A stretch of DNA of 64,000 nucleotides from an uncultured Candidatus Saccharibacteria bacterium (GTDB taxonomy: Bacteria > Patescibacteriota > Minisyncoccia > Phycocordibacterales > UBA5272), in NCBI GenBank assembly GCA_964538815.1, contig CAZIHL010000001.1, positions 1,070-65,069 of the forward strand, in the 5' to 3' direction. The notes under the pieces were generated by a model that saw nothing but the letters and a program-made list of their open reading frames with translations, was not told the DNA's origin and searched no databases. The position numbers and the translations under genes are program-made. Positions 56,692 through 64,000 of this stretch are shown one piece after another. Numbering within the stretch: position 1 is the first letter of the stretch; every line of letters begins with the position of its first letter.

Positions 56692-56844
56692 TTGTGGTAT
56701 AATCTTCATATATTAAAAATTGACGACAAAGCTCCAAATTTTAGTTTAGAAGATCAGAACGGTATAAGATATTCTCTTTCAGAATTTTTAAATAAAGATA
56801 AAAAAGTACATACTGATGAGGTGAAGGGTGATGTGGTGCAATAA
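56692..56844 (+). pseudogene. Remnant of the N-terminus of a Bcp/AhpC-type peroxiredoxin, truncated before the catalytic Cys.
   Basis: The frame encodes ...KIDDKAPNFSLEDQNGIRYSLSEFLNKDKKV..., matching the Bcp N-terminus (APDFTL.DQ.GK.VSLSDF.GKKVVLYFYP). The reading then diverges and stops 15 codons later, with no PxxxTxxC motif. Confidence 0.4.
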
Positions 56845-56872
56845 AATCTTAAAAATATTTAACTTTTTCTTC

Positions 56873-56896
56873 TATTTAATTTTTGATATCATTTAA
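56873..56896 (+). repeat. Copy 2 of the 24-nt direct repeat, immediately upstream of uvrB.
   Basis: Identical to 55655-55678. Confidence 0.8.
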
Positions 56897-56898
56897 AA

Positions 56899-58938
56899 AT
56901 GATTAAAACTCAAAACAAATTTAAAATAGTTTCGGATATGAAGCCAGCTGGTGATCAGCCAAAGGCTATTTCCGAGATTGTAGATGGTCTAGAAAAATCT
57001 AAACATTCAAAGATAACTCTTCTTGGTGCCACAGGGACAGGAAAGACTTTTACTGTGGCAAATGTAATTGAGAAAATTCAAAAACCAACACTTGTGATAG
57101 CTCACAATAAAACTCTTGCCGCTCAGCTTGCGCAAGAATTTAAAACTTTCTTTCCAAATAATGCTGTGCATTATTTTGTATCATATTATGATTATTATCA
57201 GCCGGAGGCTTATTTACCACACACAGATACATATATAGAAAAAGATGCACAAATAAATGAGGAAATTGACAGACTTCGCCATGCTTCCACTCAATCTCTT
57301 TTAACTCGTAATGATGTGATTATTGTTGCATCTGTTTCTTGTATTTATGGTTTAGGATCTCCAGTTGAATATGAAAAGGTAAATAAAAGATTGTATGTCG
57401 GGCAGAAAATTTCAAAAGTAGATTTAATGAAAATGTTTGTGGAGATTCATTATGAAAGAACAAATGCTGACTTATCATCAGGGTCATTTAGAACACTTGG
57501 TAATAGAATAGATATTATGCCTATGAGTGAGACTATTATGCTTCAAATTGAAATTCAAAATGGAGTTATTGATAGACTTACTTTGACTGATCCAGTATCA
57601 ATGAGAGAGTTAGAGACTTTGCAAGATTATTTTATTTTTCCAGCAAAACATTTTATATCTGATAAATTTGCTCAAGAAAAAGCTATTAAATCTATACAAG
57701 TAGAACTTAAAAAGAGGATAAAAGAGTTTGAAAAGGATACAAAAGAAGGAAATAATAAACTTCTCGAGATTGAAAGATTAAAAAGAAGAACTCAATATGA
57801 TTTGGCAAGTATAAAAGAATTTGGATATTGTTCTGGTATTGAAAATTATAGTAGACATTTCTCAGGGAAAAGTGAAGGAGAAGCACCAGATACTTTAATT
57901 GATTATTTCTCAATTGGAGGACGTGATTTTTTGACTATAATAGATGAATCTCATGTGACTCTGCCACAGCTTCGTGCTATGTATAATGGCGATCAAGCAA
58001 GAAAACAAACTCTTGTAGATTTTGGTTTCCGTCTTCCAAGTGCAAAAGATAATCGTCCACTTAAATATGATGAATTTAAAGAAAAGATTGATGATGTAGT
58101 GTATGTTTCAGCAACTCCAGCTCAGTATGAAAGAGAAAATTCTGAAAAAATAGTACAGCAAATCATTCGTCCTACAGGTCTAATTGATCCAAAGCTTGAA
58201 ATAAAGCCAGTTATGGAAAAGGGAAAGTATAAAGGACAAGTTCAAGATTTCATAGAAGAAGCTGTAAAAGAAATTAAAAAAGGACGTCGTGTACTTGCTA
58301 CTACTCTTACAAAAAAGATGGCAGAAAATTTAGCAGAATATTTAAGAGAAAGAAAAATTCGTGCAGAATATCTTCATAGTGATGTAGAGACGCTTGCTAG
58401 AATTGAAATTCTTACAAGACTACGAAAAGGAGAATTTGATTGTCTTGTAGGAGTGAATCTTTTGAGAGAAGGGTTAGATTTACCAGAAGTATCACTTATT
58501 GGTATTTTAGATGCAGACAAAGAAGGATTTCTACGTAGCGAGACTTCGCTTATTCAGACTATTGGTCGTGCAGCTAGAAATGTTGATGGTAGAGTTTTGC
58601 TTTATGCTGATCAAATGACTGGCTCACTTGAAAGGGCAATAGGCGAAACAGAAAGAAGAAGAAAAATACAGCTTGCTTACAATGAAAAGCATGGCATCAC
58701 TCCGACAACTGTGATGAAAAATATTAAAGATATTACAGAAGACCTTAAAAAAGATCATGATAAATCAGTTGCTTTTGAGCTTGAAGTAGATAAAAAGCTC
58801 TTTGCAAAAAATCCAAACAAATTAATCAAATTAAAAGAAAAACAAATGTCTGAGGCTGTAAAAATGCTTGATTTTGAGACTGCAGCCATACTTCGCGATG
58901 AAATAAATCTGCTAAAAATCAATAGTGCAAAAAAATAA
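56899..58938 (+). CDS. uvrB: Excinuclease ABC subunit B.
   Basis: FKIVSDMKPAGDQPKAI, Walker A GATGTGKT, DESH box, and the C-terminal UvrB-UvrC interaction helix (ETAAILRDEINLLK). Confidence 0.9.
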   Translation: MIKTQNKFKIVSDMKPAGDQPKAISEIVDGLEKSKHSKITLLGATGTGKTFTVANVIEKIQKPTLVIAHNKTLAAQLAQEFKTFFPNNAVHYFVSYYDYYQPEAYLPHTDTYIEKDAQINEEIDRLRHASTQSLLTRNDVIIVASVSCIYGLGSPVEYEKVNKRLYVGQKISKVDLMKMFVEIHYERTNADLSSGSFRTLGNRIDIMPMSETIMLQIEIQNGVIDRLTLTDPVSMRELETLQDYFIFPAKHFISDKFAQEKAIKSIQVELKKRIKEFEKDTKEGNNKLLEIERLKRRTQYDLASIKEFGYCSGIENYSRHFSGKSEGEAPDTLIDYFSIGGRDFLTIIDESHVTLPQLRAMYNGDQARKQTLVDFGFRLPSAKDNRPLKYDEFKEKIDDVVYVSATPAQYERENSEKIVQQIIRPTGLIDPKLEIKPVMEKGKYKGQVQDFIEEAVKEIKKGRRVLATTLTKKMAENLAEYLRERKIRAEYLHSDVETLARIEILTRLRKGEFDCLVGVNLLREGLDLPEVSLIGILDADKEGFLRSETSLIQTIGRAARNVDGRVLLYADQMTGSLERAIGETERRRKIQLAYNEKHGITPTTVMKNIKDITEDLKKDHDKSVAFELEVDKKLFAKNPNKLIKLKEKQMSEAVKMLDFETAAILRDEINLLKINSAKK

Positions 58939-58986
58939 ATAGAATGTTAAAATTCTAATTATACAAAAATAAGGTATATAAAACAT

Positions 58987-59688
58987 ATGAAAAAGATAGA
59001 TTTTAAAAACAAAAAGACTACATGGTGGTTAATTGGATTATTAGTGATTGTTTTATTGGCTATATTCTTCTTTAAAGGTTTAGAAGGTAAATCTCTAAAT
59101 ATTTGGAAGTCTGATAATGACTCTACTATCGACATTGCAAATAGTGAAGATTATTCAAAATACGCAGGTGCTGTGAAGGCTTCATTTGAAGGAACTCATA
59201 CACTAGATTTTTCATTCCTACACAACAATGATTTTAAGGTTGTACAAGGAATAGGTGCTCAAGCAAAATGGTTTAAGCTTGCTGATGCGTCAAGCACAAA
59301 TCTTGTGACACTTTACTTTACATATGAAGGAGGTAGAGGATACTCTGCAGAAGATTATGTAAATAAAGTTCTAAAGACAAATAATTCTATTAAGGTTGAA
59401 GATGTAAAATTTGCTGATGGAGATAATGCAACAGTAAAATATATTGTTGATGAAGCAAATAATGTTGAATACTATGTAGAAGCTGTTAAGGGTGCTGATG
59501 GAGATGGGTGGCTTGCTATCGTAGAAAACAAAGCAGCTGATAACAATACTCTAAAAGCAGCAGCAAAAGATTTAATGAGAAGTTTAGAAATTGCTTCAGC
59601 TAAAGAAGAAGTAATAACTGAAACTCCAGCTAATGATGAAACTGCAACTAATACTGATACAGAAACTCCAGTAGTTGAAGAGAAGTAA
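58987..59688 (+). CDS. Hypothetical secreted or membrane-anchored protein with an acidic, T/E-rich C-terminus.
   Basis: N-terminal TM (WWLIGLLVIVLLAIFFF), followed by a strong terminator. Confidence 0.4.
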   Translation: MKKIDFKNKKTTWWLIGLLVIVLLAIFFFKGLEGKSLNIWKSDNDSTIDIANSEDYSKYAGAVKASFEGTHTLDFSFLHNNDFKVVQGIGAQAKWFKLADASSTNLVTLYFTYEGGRGYSAEDYVNKVLKTNNSIKVEDVKFADGDNATVKYIVDEANNVEYYVEAVKGADGDGWLAIVENKAADNNTLKAAAKDLMRSLEIASAKEEVITETPANDETATNTDTETPVVEEK

Positions 59689-59707
59689 TAGTTTCAAAAA
59701 CAAAAAT

Positions 59708-59739
59708 AAAAAACCTCGGGTTGCCGAGGTTTTTGTTTT
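59708..59739 (+). terminator. Intrinsic terminator.
   Basis: aaaacctcgg gttg ccgaggtttt followed by tgtttt. Confidence 0.75.
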
Positions 59740-59791
59740 AATTTTTTGTTAAAGAGTTTTAAAAATTTGACATAAATGTTATTATAAGAAG

Positions 59792-62449
59792 ATGTCAAAA
59801 AAAGAAACTCCAAAAAATAAAAAAGGAGGGCAAATTGAAAAAATTATTGTCCGTGGCGCCCGAACTCACAATTTGAAAAATATTACAGTAGAAATGCCTC
59901 GTCACAAGATGATTGTTTTTACCGGTCTTTCTGGTAGTGGAAAATCTTCACTTGCTTTTGATACTATCTTTGCAGAAGGGCAAAGAAGATATGTAGAGTC
60001 ATTGTCAGCTTATGCAAGACAATTTTTAAATCAAATGCAAAAGCCTGATGTGGATGAGATAGTTGGTCTATCTCCCGCTATTTCTATTGATCAAAAGTCA
60101 GCAGGACGAAACCCTCGTTCAACAGTGGCGACAATTACAGAAATCTATGACTATCTTCGTGTTCTGTATGCGAGAGTCGGTAAACCATATTGTATTGAAT
60201 GTGGACATAAAATCGAGAAGCTTTCAAACGAAGAAATTATAAATTTTATTTTAGAGAAAATTAAAAGAATTGATTATAGAAAATTTGAGAAGGAAGTTAA
60301 AAGTATTCAAGGAGTAAAATTTTCTGATCTTGGAGTCAGAATCTTAGCTCCAATGGTGCGTGGACGAAAAGGTGAGTATTATCAAATGCTCTATGACATG
60401 CTAGGAAAAGGTTATAAAGAAGTAGTGATTGATGGAGAAACTAAAAACTTAAGAGACAGAATAGAATTATCTAAAACAAAGAAACATGATATTTCTTTTG
60501 TAGTGGATTTTATTTTAATAGATGAGCTGAAGCTACTCGCAAGTAAAAAGGATGCAATGGTGCGTCTTTCAGAGTCTATAGAGAGAGCGCTCCATGAAGC
60601 AGAAGGTTTAGTTGAGATTGAAATGATAGATGAAAAGGGTGAGAAGGATAAATTTATTATGAGTAATAAATTTGCTTGCGCAAATTGTGGATTTTCATTT
60701 CCGGAAATTGAGCCAAGACTTTTCTCTTTCAATTCTCCTTATGGAGCGTGTCCAACTTGTAATGGTCTTGGGACAAAAGAATTTGGTGGGCTTGATGAGT
60801 GTCCAGATTGTCACGGTAAAAGACTTCGCAGAGAAGCTTTGAATGTATTTTTGGGAGATAAAAAAGAAGATAGAATAAATATTGTGGATATTACAAATCT
60901 GACAATAGAAGAAGCTAAAAAATATTTTGAAAAATTACAAAATATTTTTACAAAAAAGGAAATCGAAATCACAAATGTAGTTTTGAAAGAAATAGAATCA
61001 AGACTTGTTTTCATGCTGGATGTTGGACTTAATTATTTAAATCTGAATCGTAAAGCAGACACTCTTTCTGGTGGTGAAGCTCAGAGAATCCGTCTTGCTA
61101 GTCAGCTTGGTAGTAAGCTTGTAGGAGCATTATATGTGCTTGATGAGCCAACAATAGGACTTCATCAAAGAGATAATGATAGACTTATTAAAACTCTTAC
61201 AAGTTTGCGCGATATGGGGAATACTATTATTATAGTAGAGCATGATGAAGACACTATTTTTGCAAGTGATTATATTGTCGATATTGGTCCAAAGGCAGGA
61301 GTTCATGGTGGAAAGGTGATAGTTGCAGGATACCTGGAAGAGCTTTTAACCGCAAAAACAAATCCTTCAAAATCTTTAACTCTCTCATATTTGCGTGGTG
61401 AAACTGAAATACCAGTTCCTAAAAAAAGAAGAGAAGGAAACGGAGCAGAGATAAAAATTACAGGAGGAAAAGTTTTTAATATTAAAAATCTAAATGTGAA
61501 AGTTCCACTTGGAAAGTTTAATGTAATAACAGGAGTTTCAGGAAGTGGAAAAAGTAGTTTTATGTATGAGATTTTATACAAAAATCTTCTTGGTAGACTT
61601 GAAAGAAAATATAGAACTGCGAAAATATATAATTGTGATGAAATCACTGGTACAGAATATGTTTCAAGAGTTGTGATGATTGATCAGTCGCCAATAGGTA
61701 GGACTCCAAGAAGCAATCCAGCAACGTATACAGGAGCATGGACACCAATACGTGAACTTTTTGCAAATACAGAAGAAGCAAGAATTCGTGGATGGTCTCA
61801 TTCGAGATTTTCTTTTAATAGAAAAGGTGGTAGATGTGAAGCTTGTGAAGGAAATGGAGAAATAGCAGTAGAGATGCACTTTTTACCAACTGTGTATGTT
61901 ACTTGCGATGTTTGTAATGGAAAGAGATTTATGAAGGAAACTCTTGAAGTAAAATATAAAGGAAAAAGTATCTACGATATTTTAACTATGACTGTGGAGG
62001 AAGCTTTAAAATTTTTTGAAGCAATACCATCTATTTATGATAGAGTAAAATCATTAAATGACGTAGGACTTGGATATCTTGAGCTTGGACAAAGCGCCAC
62101 AACTCTCTCAGGAGGAGAAGCGCAAAGAGTAAAAATTTCTAGTGAGCTTTATAGAAGACATACTGAAAAAACAATTTATCTTTTAGATGAGCCTTCAATT
62201 GGTTTACATTATGAAGATGTAAAAAAACTTTTAGAAATTCTAAACAGACTTGTAGAACATGGAAATACTGTAGTACTTATTGAGCACAACTTAGATATTG
62301 TAAAAAGTGCTGATCATATTATAGATATTGGTCCAGAAGGGGGAGTGGGAGGAGGAAAACTTATGGCACAGGGTACTCCAGAATATGTAGCAGGAGTAAA
62401 AGAGTCTTTTACAGGACAATATCTTAAAAAAGTGTTAAAAAAGATATAA
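59792..62449 (+). CDS. uvrA: Excinuclease ABC subunit A (885 aa, slightly short).
   Basis: GARTHNLKNI, two ABC modules (GLSGSGKSS and GVSGSGKSS; LSGGEAQR twice), and zinc-finger Cys clusters. Confidence 0.9.
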   Translation: MSKKETPKNKKGGQIEKIIVRGARTHNLKNITVEMPRHKMIVFTGLSGSGKSSLAFDTIFAEGQRRYVESLSAYARQFLNQMQKPDVDEIVGLSPAISIDQKSAGRNPRSTVATITEIYDYLRVLYARVGKPYCIECGHKIEKLSNEEIINFILEKIKRIDYRKFEKEVKSIQGVKFSDLGVRILAPMVRGRKGEYYQMLYDMLGKGYKEVVIDGETKNLRDRIELSKTKKHDISFVVDFILIDELKLLASKKDAMVRLSESIERALHEAEGLVEIEMIDEKGEKDKFIMSNKFACANCGFSFPEIEPRLFSFNSPYGACPTCNGLGTKEFGGLDECPDCHGKRLRREALNVFLGDKKEDRINIVDITNLTIEEAKKYFEKLQNIFTKKEIEITNVVLKEIESRLVFMLDVGLNYLNLNRKADTLSGGEAQRIRLASQLGSKLVGALYVLDEPTIGLHQRDNDRLIKTLTSLRDMGNTIIIVEHDEDTIFASDYIVDIGPKAGVHGGKVIVAGYLEELLTAKTNPSKSLTLSYLRGETEIPVPKKRREGNGAEIKITGGKVFNIKNLNVKVPLGKFNVITGVSGSGKSSFMYEILYKNLLGRLERKYRTAKIYNCDEITGTEYVSRVVMIDQSPIGRTPRSNPATYTGAWTPIRELFANTEEARIRGWSHSRFSFNRKGGRCEACEGNGEIAVEMHFLPTVYVTCDVCNGKRFMKETLEVKYKGKSIYDILTMTVEEALKFFEAIPSIYDRVKSLNDVGLGYLELGQSATTLSGGEAQRVKISSELYRRHTEKTIYLLDEPSIGLHYEDVKKLLEILNRLVEHGNTVVLIEHNLDIVKSADHIIDIGPEGGVGGGKLMAQGTPEYVAGVKESFTGQYLKKVLKKI

Positions 62450-62534
62450 ATGAAAAATTTAAATTTTGACAAAATTAACATTTAATGTTATATTTTTAAC
62501 GGCATTTTATTTTTTAATTTAAATTTTTTTAAAA

Positions 62535-62984
62535 ATGGCTAATAAAAAAACAGAAGAACTGGCAATAATTAAATTAAATTCAAAGGAGATATTTAGTACT
62601 TTTCCAGAGTTTAATAAAAATATAGTTTTATCACTTTTTGATGAGGTTAAAAAATCAAGAAGAAAAGACATTATTTTAACAAATTATTTAGAATTAGTTA
62701 AAGTAAAAGTTAATTCAAAAGGTGGTTTATTATGGGAGTATATCCCAATATATGAAAAACTTTTTAATAGTCTTTATGATAAAGACATAAAGAAAAAGTA
62801 TGTAAAAATTTTAATCAAAACTTACTCTTTAAGATATTCTCATAGAGAAGGTTTTTATAAAGTAAAATTAAATTCTTTAAAAGAATTTTTAGCAGAATTT
62901 AAAGAATTTTTACCTAAAAAATTTTTAAAATCTTTGGAGAAAGAAAGATTAATAAATTTAATAAAAAGAAAGTTATTTGGTTAA
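62535..62984 (+). CDS. Hypothetical lysine-rich protein.
   Basis: ORF only. Confidence 0.3.
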   Translation: MANKKTEELAIIKLNSKEIFSTFPEFNKNIVLSLFDEVKKSRRKDIILTNYLELVKVKVNSKGGLLWEYIPIYEKLFNSLYDKDIKKKYVKILIKTYSLRYSHREGFYKVKLNSLKEFLAEFKEFLPKKFLKSLEKERLINLIKRKLFG

Positions 62985-62999
62985 TATTTTAGCCAAAAT

Positions 63000-63030
63000 A
63001 TTTTTAGCGCTTTTTAGCGCTTTTTTATTT
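63000..63030 (+). terminator. Probable terminator made of tandem tttttagcgc units (agcgc/gcgct hairpin plus T-runs).
   Basis: tttttagcgctttttagcgctttttt. Confidence 0.4.
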
Positions 63031-63055
63031 ATTTTTTGTTTTTTAATTTATTTTA

Positions 63056-63064
63056 TGTTATAAT
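63056..63064 (+). promoter_or_regulatory. Extended -10 promoter TGTTATAAT for tRNA-Tyr.
   Basis: TG at 63056-63057 and TATAAT at 63059-63064, 19 nt before the tRNA 5' end. Confidence 0.5.
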
Positions 63065-63082
63065 TTTTTTGTTTTAAAATAT

Positions 63083-63166
63083 GCGTCGGTGGTAGAGTGG
63101 TCAATTACAACAGACTGTAAATCTGTCGCCCTTCGGGCTACGTTGGTTCAAATCCAACCCGGCGCA
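63083..63166 (+). tRNA. tRNA-Tyr (anticodon GUA), class II with a long variable arm.
   Basis: Acceptor GCGTCGG/CCGGCGC, anticodon loop CTGTAAA, variable arm CGCCCTTCGGGCTAC, T-loop GGTTCAAATCC. Confidence 0.8.
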
Positions 63167-63170
63167 CAAT

Positions 63171-63560
63171 ATGGCGAGTATTTTTACCAAAATCATAAAT
63201 AGAGAAATTCCGGGAGATATCTTTTATGAAGATGATAAATATATTGCATTTCTTGATATAAATCCTGTGCGAGATGGACACATGCTTGTTGTTCCTAAAA
63301 AAGAGATTGATTATATTTTTGATTTAGATGATGAAGAATATTTAGAACTCATGTCTATATCAAAAAAAATTGGTGTATTACTTGAAAATAAATTAAAAGA
63401 AAAACTTGATGTAATGAGAGTTGCTATAGTAGTAGAAGGGCTTCAAGTGCCTCATGTACATGTGCATCTTATACCGCTTTACACTGGAGATGAAGGATTA
63501 GCAATTGGTAGAAAGATAAAAATGTCTTTAGATGAAATTAAAAATATAATTTTTACATAG
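63171..63560 (+). CDS. HIT-family (histidine triad) nucleotide hydrolase.
   Basis: HVHVHLIP histidine triad and the DGHMLVVPK block. Confidence 0.8.
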   Translation: MASIFTKIINREIPGDIFYEDDKYIAFLDINPVRDGHMLVVPKKEIDYIFDLDDEEYLELMSISKKIGVLLENKLKEKLDVMRVAIVVEGLQVPHVHVHLIPLYTGDEGLAIGRKIKMSLDEIKNIIFT

Positions 63561-63568
63561 TTTGACTT

Positions 63569-64000
63569 ATGAATAAAAATACAATTTTACTTTTTTATAA
63601 ATATACAAAAATAGAAGATCCAAAAGCTTTGATGGAGAGAGAGAAAGCTGTGTGTAATGTGCTTGGATTGAAAGGGAGAATTTTAATAGCAGAAGAAGGT
63701 ATAAATGGGACAGTAGAAGGCACAAATGAAAATACAGAAAAATATATAAAACATATATTGTCTGATAAAAAATTTAGAGGCATGAATATTAAAAAAAGTG
63801 TTGGGACAGAAAACTTATCTGCTTTTCCAAAGCTTACAGTAAAAGTAAAAGAAGAAATAGTCTCTACAAAATTACCAAAAGAAATAAATCCTAACAGGGA
63901 GACAGGAAAACACCTTGATCCAGCAGAACTCAAAAAATGGTACGAAAATAATGAAGACTTTGTTATTGTAGATATGAGAAATGATTATGAGATTGATAGT
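63569..64000 (+). CDS. trhO: Partial (5' end) rhodanese-domain protein of the UPF0176/TrhO (YceA) family. It runs off the window end.
   Basis: MNKNTILLFYKYTKIEDP...GRILIAEEGINGTVEG...FVIVDMRNDYE is the typical TrhO N-terminus. No stop codon before position 64000. Confidence 0.55.
   Translation, partial: MNKNTILLFYKYTKIEDPKALMEREKAVCNVLGLKGRILIAEEGINGTVEGTNENTEKYIKHILSDKKFRGMNIKKSVGTENLSAFPKLTVKVKEEIVSTKLPKEINPNRETGKHLDPAELKKWYENNEDFVIVDMRNDYEIDS

Noticed and set aside
55655-56896. The flanking 24-nt direct repeats might mark a mobile element such as an IS or integron cassette.
   Set aside because: No transposase, integrase or recombinase ORF and no inverted terminal repeats. I kept it as a finding about a rearrangement but not as a mobile_element feature.
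62450-62534. Short palindromes after uvrA (taacatttaatgttat) and after uvrB (tagaatgttaaaattcta) considered as terminators.
   Set aside because: Stems are only 5-6 bp, A/T-only, and lack a convincing T-run. In DNA this AT-rich such palindromes arise by chance.
1-64000. A possible alternative genetic code (UGA as Gly or Trp, as in Gracilibacteria, Absconditabacteria or Mollicutes).
   Set aside because: Full-length orthologues such as the 2031-aa surface protein, UvrA, UvrB, ValRS, LepA and TypA read through under the standard code with no internal stop. UGA is therefore a stop here, or is unused.

Overview
The window is a very AT-rich, gene-dense stretch of bacterial chromosome, mostly coded on the + strand, and it reads cleanly under the standard code. 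It contains no rRNA, no CRISPR array and no recognisable transposase or integrase. Many core enzymes are short or have lost catalytic motifs (PriA, HolB, transketolase, Rpe), which suggests a reduced genome of the CPR/Patescibacteria kind; this is inference only.

Content, in order:
- a 2031-aa giant surface protein with six ~100-aa tandem repeats, two C-terminal TM helices and a C-terminal SH3b domain, followed 4 nt later by a small PrsW/CPBP-like membrane protein;
- envelope genes (DUF218, PAP2 phosphatase, M3 oligopeptidase);
- translation factors typA and lepA, an FtsB-like gene, a glutaredoxin-like gene, tRNA-Phe and tRNA-Arg, Hsp20, valS;
- a bacterial SET-domain protein next to an extreme AT-rich island and a tiny lysine-rich ORF;
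- hpf, a cyclophilin, and the conserved priA-def-fmt trio;
- two mreB copies (one followed by a holB-like gene, frr, rseP, proS; the other by mreC-like, an unannotated mreD-like micro-ORF, mrdA, greA, lysS);
- a short dcw cluster (mraZ-rsmH-ftsL-ftsI), a DsbA-like gene, ychF, rpmE, prfA;
- a two-component system with a structured RNA-like element between response regulator and kinase, then a FAD-linked oxidase;
- a pentose-phosphate cluster (gap, rpiB, rpe-like, split transketolase-like pair), tgt, a capA segment flanked by perfect 24-nt direct repeats that carries a peroxiredoxin gene remnant, uvrB, uvrA, tRNA-Tyr, a HIT gene and a partial trhO-like gene running off the end.

Several intrinsic terminators and extended -10 promoters can be read directly from the sequence. 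All calls rest on motif recognition by eye; no searches were run.
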